Source: Bacillota bacterium (GTDB lineage Bacteria; Bacillota; Clostridia; Christensenellales; CAG-314). From it: a DNA stretch of 64,000 bases. Below, piece after piece: positions 18,109 through 27,270 of the stretch (the first letter of the stretch is position 1; every line of letters starts with the position of its first letter). The translations under genes were made by a program, and so were the position numbers. The notes beneath the pieces are model-generated. The model was not told the origin of the DNA and made no database searches. It worked only from the letters and a program-made list of their open reading frames with translations. The stretch is taken from NCBI GenBank assembly GCA_023458375.1, contig JAEWZT010000001.1, forward strand, positions 2,325-66,324, written 5' to 3'.

Positions 18109-19335
18109 ATGGAAAAAATCAGTGTAAACAGATGCTCTTTTTGCAACCGCACGGAGGACAAAGTGGGGCGGCTTGTCGCGGGACCCAATAATATTTTTAT
18201 TTGCGGCGAGTGCATTGAAGTATGCGAATCGCTGCTTGACAATGAGGAAACGCAGGGTCAAAGCGAAGAGCTTGCCATTCCCACGCCCAAAGAAATCAAG
18301 GAAAGGCTTGACGAATATGTCGTGGGGCAGGAAGAGGCTAAGCGCATTTTGTCGGTAGCCGTTTATAACCACTATAAGCGCGTGTCCTTTGCAAAAAGCA
18401 AAGAAGAGGGGCTTCAACTTGAAAAGAGCAATATTTTAATGCTGGGACCCACCGGTTCTGGTAAAACCCTTCTTGCCAAGACGTTGGCGGGCATTTTAGA
18501 CGTGCCCTTTGCCGTAGCTGACGCCACCACTTTGACGGAAGCGGGCTATGTGGGCGAGGATGTGGAGAATATCTTGCTCAAACTCATTAAAAACGCAGAC
18601 TATAACGTAGCCAAAGCCGAAAGGGGAATTATTTATATTGACGAGGTGGACAAAATCGCTAAAAAGAGCGAGAACGTTTCTATCACAAGGGACGTTTCGG
18701 GCGAGGGAGTGCAGCAGGCGCTGTTAAAAATAATTGAGTCCACAGTCGCAAACGTGCCTCCGCAAGGCGGGCGCAAACACCCCCAGCAAGAAATGATTTC
18801 AATTGACACAAGCAATATTCTCTTTATCTGCGGCGGAGCATTTATAGGGCTTGACAAAATAATTGACAAGCGTTTAGAAAGCAAATCCATAGGTTTCGGA
18901 AGCAACGCGCTTCCCTCCTCAAAAATTGACACCGCCGAGCTTGTAAAGAGAAGCCAGCCGCAGGATTTTATAAAATACGGGCTTATTCCCGAGTTTGTTG
19001 GACGGCTTCCCATAGTCGTGGGTTTGTCGCCCTTAGACCAAGAAGCGCTTGTAAAGATTTTAAAGGAACCCAGAAACGCTTTGGTTAAGCAGTATTCAAA
19101 GCTTTTTTCAATGGACAATATTGAAATTGAGTTTGACGACGAAGCGTTAAGCGCCGTAGCCGCAAAGTCCATTTCCCTTAAAACTGGGGCGAGGGGATTG
19201 CGCTCAATTATGGAAAACCTGCTTTTGGACTTTATGTATACAGCTCCCGACGATAAAAGCATAGTAAAGGTAAAAATTACCAAAGATTGTGTAGAGGGCA
19301 GGGCTAAGCCTATGATAACCCGCAAAAGCGCATAA
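18109..19335 (+). CDS. clpX: Clp protease ATPase subunit ClpX
   Basis: Zn-finger CSFC..C..C; Walker A GPTGSGKT; IYIDEVDK. Confidence 0.95.
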   Translation: MEKISVNRCSFCNRTEDKVGRLVAGPNNIFICGECIEVCESLLDNEETQGQSEELAIPTPKEIKERLDEYVVGQEEAKRILSVAVYNHYKRVSFAKSKEEGLQLEKSNILMLGPTGSGKTLLAKTLAGILDVPFAVADATTLTEAGYVGEDVENILLKLIKNADYNVAKAERGIIYIDEVDKIAKKSENVSITRDVSGEGVQQALLKIIESTVANVPPQGGRKHPQQEMISIDTSNILFICGGAFIGLDKIIDKRLESKSIGFGSNALPSSKIDTAELVKRSQPQDFIKYGLIPEFVGRLPIVVGLSPLDQEALVKILKEPRNALVKQYSKLFSMDNIEIEFDDEALSAVAAKSISLKTGARGLRSIMENLLLDFMYTAPDDKSIVKVKITKDCVEGRAKPMITRKSA

Positions 19336-19362
19336 AAAATAAAGTTAAAATAAGTAGACAGG

Positions 19363-19388
19363 GGGCGGCTTAATTAACCGCCCTTTTT
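19363..19388 (+). terminator. Terminator after clpX
   Basis: gggcgg...ccgccc stem followed by ttttt. Confidence 0.7.
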
Positions 19389-19700
19389 ATTGTAATTTGC
19401 AGTTTTACTGCGACGCGTTTTAAAGGGATAAATCTTTATTAACCGAACTTTATCTATGTTTTAAAAAAAACTGCTATGAATGAACAAGTTTTCGGAAGCA
19501 TTACTTAATGCTGATTTCATACTATCAAATGCGGATTCCGTAAAGTTTTTGGATACTCCGCTAAAACCAATGCGCTAATAAAGTTATTTGAAAATCCTTA
19601 TTAAAATCTGAACGTTCAATGGGGATATTTTAACTTGCAATAAAAAGCGTTATATTCTATAATACTAATACTGCAAAAGAAAAAAACGAGGTATCTTTTT

Positions 19701-22010
19701 TTGGAAAATACTCCTATGATATTACCTATGATTGCCCTTAGAGGCATGGTTGTTCTTCCCGATACGACGGTCTCTCTTGAAATTGGCAGAGAAAAGTCTA
19801 TTAAAGCGCTTGAAGCGGCACTGGAAGCTAAAAGCGAAATCTTTCTATGCGCGCAAAAGGACTTAGCGGTAGAAAATCCATCTAAAAAAGATATTTTTAA
19901 TATCGGCGTAACTGCGCATGTCGTTCAAGTCATCAAGATGCCCGACGGCGGCGAGAGAGTCATTGTAAAGGCGGTAAAGCCCGCTAAAATAGAAAAATAT
20001 ATAACGAACCCCAAGTATTTTTTGGCTCAGCTTGAACCTTTTGAATACCAAAAGGGAGATATTGCCGAGCAGGAGGCGCTTTTGCGCCGCGCGCGCGAAC
20101 AAATGGCAAAGCTTGCGTTAAGCACGGAAAAAATCAATAAGACTTTTTTGCTTAAAATAAGCGAGGTTTACGACGCCGACCAATACGTCAATTTATGCGC
20201 GGGGGAAATAATCTATAAAGACTCAGACAAGCAGGAGCTTTTAGAGGAGCTTGAAACAAATAAGCGGCTTGAAAAGCTTTTGCAAATGCTTTTAGACGAA
20301 ACGGAAATTGCGCGCGTGGATAACAAAATAGCTTCGCGCGTTAAAAAGCAAATTGACAAGGGGCAAAAGGAATACTATCTTAAAGAGCAAATCCGCGCCA
20401 TTTCTAAGGAACTGGGAGAGGACGAAGAGGAAATAGCTCTTACCGAGCAAAAAATAATATCGTGCAAAATGCCCGCCGCCGTTGAGGAAAAAGCCTTAAA
20501 AGAGCTTCGCCGTATGGCGAAAATGAGTCCGAGTTCGCCCGATTCCGCCGTAATAAGAACTTATTTGGAATGGCTGTGCGACTTAAAGTGGAATTACGCC
20601 ACCGAGGATAACAAAGACTTGAAGCTTGCCATGGAAATCTTAGACGAGGACCATTTCGGGCTTCAAAAAATAAAAGAACGCATCATTGAATACCTTGCCG
20701 TCATGCAGCTTTCGGGCGGGCTTCACGGACCCATTTTGTGTTTTGTGGGACCTCCCGGCGTGGGTAAAACTTCTATTGTCAAATCAATTGCGCGCGCATT
20801 AGGGCGTAAATATGTGCGCATGAGCTTAGGCGGAGTGCGCGACGAGGCAGAAATACGCGGGCACAGACGCACTTATATAGGTGCAATGCCGGGAAAAATA
20901 ATATATATGATGAAGCAGGCAGGCTGTGTAAACCCCGTGCTGCTTTTTGACGAAATTGATAAAATGTCAAGCGATTTCAGGGGCGACCCTTCTTCTGCAA
21001 TGCTTGAAGTTTTAGACCCCGAGCAAAACTGCGGCTTTGAAGACCATTATTTGGAAGCTCCCTACGATTTGTCAAAGGTGCTTTTCGTATGCACCGCAAA
21101 CACAGTTGAGTCAATTCCGCTGCCCCTTGCCGACAGAATGGAAATCATTGAGCTTTCGGGCTATTCCGAAGAAGAAAAAATCCAAATTGCCAAGCAGTAT
21201 CTTGTGCCCAAGCAAAAAAATCTTCACGGCATAAAAGAGGAAAACTTAGCGTTTACCGACGGCGCTTTGAGGGAAATTATTAAAAGCTATACGAGGGAAT
21301 CGGGCGTTCGTTCCCTTGAAAGAGAGGTCGCTACTCTGTGCAGAAAAATCGCGACAAAACAGGTATCGGAAAAAGAGTTTGCCCCCGTTGAGGTAAAAGA
21401 GGGCGATATTGAGGGCTTTTTAGGTATACCGCGCTACAAGCAGGACTATTTTGACGCCAAAGAAGAAGTCGGTTCTGCCACGGGACTTGCATGGACGGCG
21501 GTAGGGGGCGTTACGCTTACCATAGATGTCACCCTTTTTGAGGGCAAGGGCGATGTGCTGCTTACCGGTATGCTGGGCGACGTTATGAAAGAGTCTGCGC
21601 GCGCGGCGATAAGCTTAGTTAAAAGCAGGGCGAAAGAATACGGCGTAGACACCTCGGTCTTTTCAAAAACCGATATCCATATCCACATTCCCGAAGGGGC
21701 TACTCCCAAAGACGGTCCCAGCGCGGGCGTTACTATGGCTTGCGCCATTATGTCGGCATTCTCGCAAAAACCCGTTTTAAAACAGGTTGCGATGACGGGC
21801 GAGGTTACGCTTCGCGGAAAGGTTTTGCCAATAGGGGGTCTAAAAGAAAAGACACTTGCGGCTTACAGGGTAGGCATAAGGAAAATTATAATACCCGCCG
21901 AAAACCAAAAGGATATAACGGAAATCCCTAAGGAAGTGGCGAAAGATATTGAGTTCGTGCTGGCAAGCGATATTTCCGCAGTTTTTCAGCATGCCCTTAA
22001 ACTTGACTAA
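19701..22010 (+). CDS. lon: Lon protease
   Basis: LON N-domain, GPPGVGKTS Walker A, and protease PKDGPSAG serine motif. TTG 19701 lies 8 nt after gaggt (ATG 19716 is an alternative). Promoter TTGCAA-17-TATAAT at ~19636-19664. Confidence 0.9.
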   Translation: MENTPMILPMIALRGMVVLPDTTVSLEIGREKSIKALEAALEAKSEIFLCAQKDLAVENPSKKDIFNIGVTAHVVQVIKMPDGGERVIVKAVKPAKIEKYITNPKYFLAQLEPFEYQKGDIAEQEALLRRAREQMAKLALSTEKINKTFLLKISEVYDADQYVNLCAGEIIYKDSDKQELLEELETNKRLEKLLQMLLDETEIARVDNKIASRVKKQIDKGQKEYYLKEQIRAISKELGEDEEEIALTEQKIISCKMPAAVEEKALKELRRMAKMSPSSPDSAVIRTYLEWLCDLKWNYATEDNKDLKLAMEILDEDHFGLQKIKERIIEYLAVMQLSGGLHGPILCFVGPPGVGKTSIVKSIARALGRKYVRMSLGGVRDEAEIRGHRRTYIGAMPGKIIYMMKQAGCVNPVLLFDEIDKMSSDFRGDPSSAMLEVLDPEQNCGFEDHYLEAPYDLSKVLFVCTANTVESIPLPLADRMEIIELSGYSEEEKIQIAKQYLVPKQKNLHGIKEENLAFTDGALREIIKSYTRESGVRSLEREVATLCRKIATKQVSEKEFAPVEVKEGDIEGFLGIPRYKQDYFDAKEEVGSATGLAWTAVGGVTLTIDVTLFEGKGDVLLTGMLGDVMKESARAAISLVKSRAKEYGVDTSVFSKTDIHIHIPEGATPKDGPSAGVTMACAIMSAFSQKPVLKQVAMTGEVTLRGKVLPIGGLKEKTLAAYRVGIRKIIIPAENQKDITEIPKEVAKDIEFVLASDISAVFQHALKLD

Positions 22011-22194
22011 TAAACTTAGCTTGAAATCTTTCTAATATGTAGGTAACAGATGACAATTGATTGGTAACTAAAAAGGCAAATAAGGCGGCTTGACTAAATT
22101 AATAAAGCAAAAACAGGAATTGCCGCGCTTTCTAATCAGCGTTTTTGCGATTTAGTTGTATAAATACTATTAAAACTACTGTAAGGACAATTGC

Positions 22195-22779
22195 ATGATA
22201 ATCAAAACCGCAAAATTTATAAAATCCGCAGCGGAAGAGCAGGGCTTTATTGGCGACTCCCTGCCCCAGATTGCCGTTGCGGGCAAATCTAACGTGGGCA
22301 AAAGCAGCTTTATCAATTTTTTATGCGGCAACGGCAGCTTGGCGCGCACTTCTTCCACGCCGGGCAGAACAAGGCTTATCAACTATTTCTTAATTAACGA
22401 AACGTTTTATTTGACGGATTTGCCCGGTTACGGCTATGCCAAAGTGCCTAAAAGCGAGCTTGACAAATGGGCGCGCCTTATGGAAACTTATTTTGCCAAG
22501 GAAAAAGACCTTAAACACCTTTTTTTGCTTGTTGATTCGCGCCACGAGATAGGGGAAAACGATAAGCTTATGTATAACTACATATTTAAGTGCGGCATAT
22601 CCTTTACCGTTATTGCGACTAAAACCGACAAGGTGCTCAAAAGCGCCTTGCAGGGCAATATTAAAAGAATCGCCGACAGTTTTTTAATAGGCAAAGACAA
22701 CGTAATACCTCTTTCCGCCCTTAAAAAAACAGGCAAGGAAGCCGTATTGTCGCGTTTGGAGCAAATATTGCTCAATTAA
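22195..22779 (+). CDS. engB: Ribosome biogenesis GTPase EngB/YsxC
   Basis: GKSNVGKSS (G1), DLPGYG (G3), TKTDK (G4); follows lon as in Bacillus. Confidence 0.9.
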   Translation: MIIKTAKFIKSAAEEQGFIGDSLPQIAVAGKSNVGKSSFINFLCGNGSLARTSSTPGRTRLINYFLINETFYLTDLPGYGYAKVPKSELDKWARLMETYFAKEKDLKHLFLLVDSRHEIGENDKLMYNYIFKCGISFTVIATKTDKVLKSALQGNIKRIADSFLIGKDNVIPLSALKKTGKEAVLSRLEQILLN

Positions 22780-23032
22780 ACAATTTTTTATTGAGCTTTA
22801 TTAAAATATCAATACTCAATCCTTATTGTTTGCAATGGCTTTAACTATGCAAGTATTAAATAGTTTTCGGAGTTGCTTTTCTATTTAACAACCTTATCGA
22901 TTTTTAAAACGTATAATAATATAACTACGGCTTAGGATAAAAGTTTGTTTATAACTTGAACAAGTTAGCATATTTTTACCTTTATTTTTAAAGTATCAAT
23001 CTGTCTTATAAGTCTTCTTTTTAGCCGTTATC

Positions 23033-23060
23033 ACTAAAAGGCAAAAAGTTTCATAGAATA
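23033..23060 (+). promoter_or_regulatory. Mother-cell sporulation-type promoter (sigmaK/sigmaE-like)
   Basis: AC (23033-34), 17-nt spacer, CATAgaaTA (23052-60), matching the AC-N16/17-CATA---TA consensus. It lies 28 nt upstream of the ATG. Confidence 0.4.
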
Positions 23061-23087
23061 ATTATGACAAATAGGGAGGAAATAAAA

Positions 23088-23711
23088 ATGGCGTTGTTTG
23101 ACAACAGCTCCTCTTGCAGTAACAAAATATGTATAGAGGCAAAACGCGTTTTTGACGCGTGCATTAAACAAATATCGGAAGAAGAAACAAGAATAGATTT
23201 AACCACCTTTTCACCCCCCTGCCCCGCGCTGCCCCTGACATTCGTAAGCGGTAAAAGCTTAGGCGTTTACGGAAGCGTGGAAAACCTTACGGTAACAATT
23301 GTATCCTCCCGTCCCCGCTGCGGCAGAGTTCAATGTGACGTCGTGCTACCCATTGAAGTGAATTATATTGACAACAACGGTGTAGCGGGAAGCGGCATCG
23401 GAGAAGTTACAATACCCGTAGACATAATTATGAACATACCCCAGCCCTCCATTATACCCTACCAGATTGAGGCGGTAATATCGGCGCTGTGCCCGAGTGG
23501 GGAGTTTGCTCCCGATGCGGTTCAACAGCCCACCGACCAGCTGACTTTTTATGTTCACCTTTGCGCGAGCATCATAATGAAGGTAACGCTAATTGTTGAT
23601 ATCGTAATACCCTATTACGCCTACGCGCAAATACCTCCATGTACGCCTTATTCGGCGGAAGTTTGTTCGGGCTTCTTTGAATTGCCGCTTTTCCCGCAAG
23701 CTAACGGTTAA
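23088..23711 (+). CDS. Cysteine-rich hypothetical protein (10 Cys, no signal peptide or TM); putative spore coat/surface component
   Basis: Strong SD agggagg 8 nt before ATG 23088. N-terminal C..x..C(I)xxxKRVFDAC motif; beta-rich V/I-rich body. Confidence 0.5.
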   Translation: MALFDNSSSCSNKICIEAKRVFDACIKQISEEETRIDLTTFSPPCPALPLTFVSGKSLGVYGSVENLTVTIVSSRPRCGRVQCDVVLPIEVNYIDNNGVAGSGIGEVTIPVDIIMNIPQPSIIPYQIEAVISALCPSGEFAPDAVQQPTDQLTFYVHLCASIIMKVTLIVDIVIPYYAYAQIPPCTPYSAEVCSGFFELPLFPQANG

Positions 23712-23849
23712 AAAGGGGAAAAAGCTTTCGTCACAGGTAGGGAAACCGCCCCTTAAAAAATGGGGAACTCAAATAAGCGCCGCAAAATTTTCTTTTGCGG
23801 GACGCCAAAATCCCGATTATTTTCTTAATTGGGAGTTTGGAAAAAACTT

Positions 23850-23879
23850 GGGCCGTTGCACACAAAACGGCCCATTTTT
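23850..23879 (+). terminator. Terminator downstream of the Cys-rich gene
   Basis: gggccgtt / aacggccc 8-bp stem, then attttt. Confidence 0.7.
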
Positions 23880-23913
23880 CATACCATACAACAAGTAGGC
23901 GGTGTATAACAAA

Positions 23914-24117
23914 ATGCAGTATGACAAGTGTCCGCGTTGCGAACTCAATTACAAGCTGGTTGAAGAGGAATATTGCTCTCTTTGCCGCGCATTTTTAGAG
24001 GGAAAAGAAGAGGACGAAGAGGAGGAAACTTCACTCTGTCCTTTGTGCTTAAAAAACACTATTGATTACGACGAGTTAATTTGCAAAAAATGTCAGAAAA
24101 AACGCAGTAACCAATAG
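23914..24117 (+). CDS. Small double zinc-ribbon protein with acidic linker
   Basis: Four CxxC pairs (CPRC, CSLC, CPLC, CKKC) flank an EEDEEEE linker. Start is ATG 23914 or GTG 23902. Confidence 0.5.
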   Translation: MQYDKCPRCELNYKLVEEEYCSLCRAFLEGKEEDEEEETSLCPLCLKNTIDYDELICKKCQKKRSNQ

Positions 24118-24168
24118 CTCTTTGACTTTTTCCCTTTTACTTGTTATAATTTATATTTAGGAGAACTT

Positions 24169-24858
24169 ATGAAAGTTTTTGCTCTGTCCGATTTGCACCT
24201 TTCTACTACCGCAGATAAGCCAATGGATATTTTCGGCCCTTCCTGGAAAGGGCATTTTGACGTCATTAAAAAAGACTGGGAAGAAAAAGTGGGGGAGCAG
24301 GATGTCGTTTTAATCTGCGGCGATTTGTCTTGGGCGATGCGTTTAAGCGACGCTAAGCAGGACATTGAGCTTCTTTCTAAGTTAAAGGGCAAAAAAGTAA
24401 TAATAAGGGGCAACCACGATTATTGGTGGAACACCATTAGCCAAGTGCGCGCCCTTTTGCCGCAAAACTTTTATGCCATTCAAAACGACAGTTTGCGTAT
24501 AGAAAACCTTTTGCTTTGCGGCACAAGAGGCTGGACGGTAAGCGAAGAACAAAACGGTGAGGATAAAAAACTTTATTTGAGGGAAGTTGAAAGGTTAAAG
24601 CTTTCCCTCTCACATATGGACGCCCGCCGCAAAGAGGGTGACGAAGTTTTGTGTATGATGCACTTCCCTCCTTTTGACGCTTTTTACAAGGAAAACCAGT
24701 TTGTAAAGCTTTTTATTCAATACGGAATAAAAAAGGTCGTCTACGGGCATTTGCACGGGAAAGATTGCAGAAAGGATATACAGCTTAGCCGTTTTGGCAT
24801 TGATTTTTACCTTACCTCCTGCGACCTTTTAGACAATAAACTGCTGCAAATACTTTAA
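24169..24858 (+). CDS. Calcineurin-like metallophosphoesterase
   Basis: SDLH, GDLS and GNHDYW motifs. Promoter TTGACT-17-TATAAT at ~24122-24150; SD aggaga. Confidence 0.8.
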   Translation: MKVFALSDLHLSTTADKPMDIFGPSWKGHFDVIKKDWEEKVGEQDVVLICGDLSWAMRLSDAKQDIELLSKLKGKKVIIRGNHDYWWNTISQVRALLPQNFYAIQNDSLRIENLLLCGTRGWTVSEEQNGEDKKLYLREVERLKLSLSHMDARRKEGDEVLCMMHFPPFDAFYKENQFVKLFIQYGIKKVVYGHLHGKDCRKDIQLSRFGIDFYLTSCDLLDNKLLQIL

Positions 24859-25087
24859 CCTTTTTATCTCAGAAATATCTAATGGGGCGGGGCGGTTAAG
24901 ATTGTAATGGCAGGCTGCTTAAATATAAAAGTTTTGATTTATCCTTTTATCATTTGGCTTCAATAGCATAAATTTTTGATTTATATGGCGTTTATAAGCG
25001 ACAGACTTTGTCGTTTTTTTTGTTATCATTTTTTCTTTTGTCGCATTTTTAGGCATTTTTTTAAAAAAAGTTATGATTTTTCAATAA

Positions 25088-25132
25088 AAGTGGTTAAAAA
25101 GGGTTGAAAGTGGTTAAAGACTGTGCTATACT
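25088..25132 (+). promoter_or_regulatory. dcw promoter with three direct MraZ-box-like repeats
   Basis: aaaGTGGTTAAA (25090), aGGGTTGAAA (25101) and GTGGTTAAA (25110) at ~10-bp phasing. They overlap TTGAAA (25104-09), a 17-nt spacer and TGcTATACT (25127-32). Confidence 0.6.
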
Positions 25133-25161
25133 ACCCTTACATTTTAAGGAGAAGTGAACTA

Positions 25162-25602
25162 TTGTCCTGCTTTTACGGAAAATTCAATTATCAGCTTGAC
25201 GCGAAGGGGCGCATGCGCCTTCCCGCTAAGTACCGCGCCGATATGGGCAACAATTATTTGCTCTTAAAGGGTGCCGGCGGCTGCATTTCCGTATTGGGCG
25301 ACGAAGCGCTCAACGCTTTAAACAAGAAGCTTAAAGAGCTTCCCCTTTCAGACGTAGAGGGCGCGCGCGCCATAAGGAACATTACTTCTTTTGCCGTTGA
25401 CGTAGAGTGCGACGAGCAGGGAAGATTTATTTTGCCTCTTGACTTAAAAAAGTTTGCCAAAATAGACAAAAACGTCTGCATAGCGGGCGCGGGCAACAAA
25501 ATAGAAATTTGGGCGCAAGAAATATGGGAGGCTGAAAACGCCGACCAAAGCGTGCAAAGCTATGAGGAAGCGCTTAAATCTCTTGCAAAATACGGGGTAT
25601 AA
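25162..25602 (+). CDS. mraZ: Transcriptional regulator MraZ
   Basis: YQLDAKGRMRLP plus a second DEQGRFILP repeat. TTG 25162 follows SD aaggagaag. The track start 25123 lies inside the promoter. Confidence 0.85.
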   Translation: MSCFYGKFNYQLDAKGRMRLPAKYRADMGNNYLLLKGAGGCISVLGDEALNALNKKLKELPLSDVEGARAIRNITSFAVDVECDEQGRFILPLDLKKFAKIDKNVCIAGAGNKIEIWAQEIWEAENADQSVQSYEEALKSLAKYGV

Positions 25603-25604
25603 AA

Positions 25605-26537
25605 ATGGAAATGCTTCACGTCCCCGTGCTTTTAGCGGAAAGCATTGCCTCCCTTAATATAAAGGGAAGCGGAACTTACCTTGATTGCACCTTAGGGGCG
25701 GGGGGGCACAGCGGAGAAATTATTAAAAGGCTTACTGACGGACGGCTTATTTCCCTTGACAAAGACGACGACGCGATAAATTACTGCAAGCGAAAGTTTG
25801 AGGGCGAAAGCAAAATTACCATTGTAAAGTCCGATTTCAAAAGAGCCTGCGAGGTGCTTGACAGCCTTTCAATAGATATGATTGACGGCGTTTTAATGGA
25901 CTTAGGCGTTTCAAGCTGGCAGATAGACAACGCGCAAAGGGGATTTTCCTATATGGCGGAAGGACCGCTGGATATGAGAATGGACAAGTCCCAAAGCTTA
26001 ACCGCAAAGGAAGTAGTCAACAATTACAGCCAGGAAAAGCTTGCTTATATTATCAAAGAATACGGCGACGAACCATTCGCAAAAATTATAGCGCAAAATA
26101 TTTGCCGCCAAAGAGAACTGGGTCAAATCAAGACGACGGCTGAACTGGTTTCCTTAATAGACAGGTCGCTGCCATACGCTTACAAAAAGCGTATAGGGCA
26201 CGGGGCGAAAAAAACCTTTCAGGCAATTAGAATAGAAGTAAACGGCGAGCTTGAAGGGCTTAAAGATGTAACGGAAAAACTTATTAAGCGCCTTAAAGAG
26301 GGGGGAAGAATATCGGTAATAACCTTCCATTCTTTGGAAGACAAAATAATTAAAGATATTTTTAGAGAATGCGCAACAGACTGCATCTGCCCCAAAGATT
26401 TCCCCATATGTATCTGCGGACACAGGGCGGAAGTAAAACTGATAAACAAAAAGCCCGTTGAGGCGAGCATAGAAGAACTGGAAACAAATCCGCGAAGCAA
26501 CAGCGCAAAACTCAGAACAGCGGAAAAAATTATTTAG
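25605..26537 (+). CDS. rsmH: 16S rRNA (cytosine1402-N4)-methyltransferase
   Basis: HVPVLL, DCTLGAGGHS, DLGVSS.Q.D, SLEDKI. Confidence 0.95.
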   Translation: MEMLHVPVLLAESIASLNIKGSGTYLDCTLGAGGHSGEIIKRLTDGRLISLDKDDDAINYCKRKFEGESKITIVKSDFKRACEVLDSLSIDMIDGVLMDLGVSSWQIDNAQRGFSYMAEGPLDMRMDKSQSLTAKEVVNNYSQEKLAYIIKEYGDEPFAKIIAQNICRQRELGQIKTTAELVSLIDRSLPYAYKKRIGHGAKKTFQAIRIEVNGELEGLKDVTEKLIKRLKEGGRISVITFHSLEDKIIKDIFRECATDCICPKDFPICICGHRAEVKLINKKPVEASIEELETNPRSNSAKLRTAEKII

Positions 26538-26550
26538 GAGGAAAAAGAAA

Positions 26551-27267
26551 ATGTTGACGACGAGCAGAAACACCGTTACCGTTGATAACGCAAACAGGGC
26601 GCAAAACGCCAAAAATAACCTTGCTTACGACGAGACTTTAACGCAAGAACTCCCTGCCGCTACCAACAGTTATTTCGCCGCCCCTAACAGCATTGCAACG
26701 GCAAAACAGTCGGAATATTCTTTTGAGGAAATAGCAAGAAAAATTTTAGGCGACGGAATAGAACTTCCCCCCGAGTATGACGAAGTAGATTTAAGCAAAG
26801 TAAACGGCGCTATGCCTACCTCAAAGACACTGACAAGCCGCGACGAAAACGCTGTCGCGCGTTCAATGTTTTATACCGCCCAAGGCGAAGCCGTTGTCAA
26901 AACGCAAAAACTTACCTCCAAACAAGCAAAAATAGCCTTTTCAGCATTCGCCGTAGTGGTGCTTGCTCTTGTTATAGTTATAGCCCTGGCTGCGACCTCC
27001 GTAAGCGCTTCTTTTGTCAGCGCCTTGTCCTTAGAGGCAACGAGCGTTCAAAAAGCGTTAGCGGTTGAATCTTTGGCGGAACAGCTTTCCGTTGAGGACG
27101 AGGGACAAATATTAGCTTTGGCTGAAATATTAGGTTATACATTGCCAAACTCCTCTAATACAATAGAGTATAAGTCGCCCCAGTTAAGAGAACCGCAAAG
27201 TTTCAATGTGGAAAGCAACTGGTTTGACAAATTGTGCGACTTCTTATCAACCATGTTCGGAGGATAA
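26551..27267 (+). CDS. Bitopic membrane protein in the FtsL position (long N-terminal extension)
   Basis: One TM segment (~IAFSAFAVVVLALVIVIALAA); position between rsmH and the PBP; 238 aa, longer than a typical FtsL. Confidence 0.5.
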   Translation: MLTTSRNTVTVDNANRAQNAKNNLAYDETLTQELPAATNSYFAAPNSIATAKQSEYSFEEIARKILGDGIELPPEYDEVDLSKVNGAMPTSKTLTSRDENAVARSMFYTAQGEAVVKTQKLTSKQAKIAFSAFAVVVLALVIVIALAATSVSASFVSALSLEATSVQKALAVESLAEQLSVEDEGQILALAEILGYTLPNSSNTIEYKSPQLREPQSFNVESNWFDKLCDFLSTMFGG

Positions 27268-27270
27268 CTG

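Noticed and set aside
18633-19325. 230-aa antisense ORF inside clpX. Similar cases are 38293..38904 in ftsZ, 26154..26612 across rsmH, 51688..52158 in queA and 17980..18417 across clpP/clpX.
   Set aside because: They lie fully inside strongly supported sense genes. Their composition is Ser/Leu/Ile/Pro-rich and typical of reverse-frame translation. They have no SD or promoter and no recognisable motifs.
15975-19700. CtsR boxes (GGTCAAA repeats) or CIRCE elements upstream of tig, clpP, clpX and lon.
   Set aside because: I read the spacers at 15975-16215 and 19336-19700 and saw only sigmaA-like promoters. Neither consensus is present.
23677-23998. Track ORFs 23677..23898 and 23795..23998.
   Set aside because: They run across two hairpins and the terminator of the Cys-rich gene, lack an SD, and the second is out of frame with the better-supported zinc-ribbon ORF.
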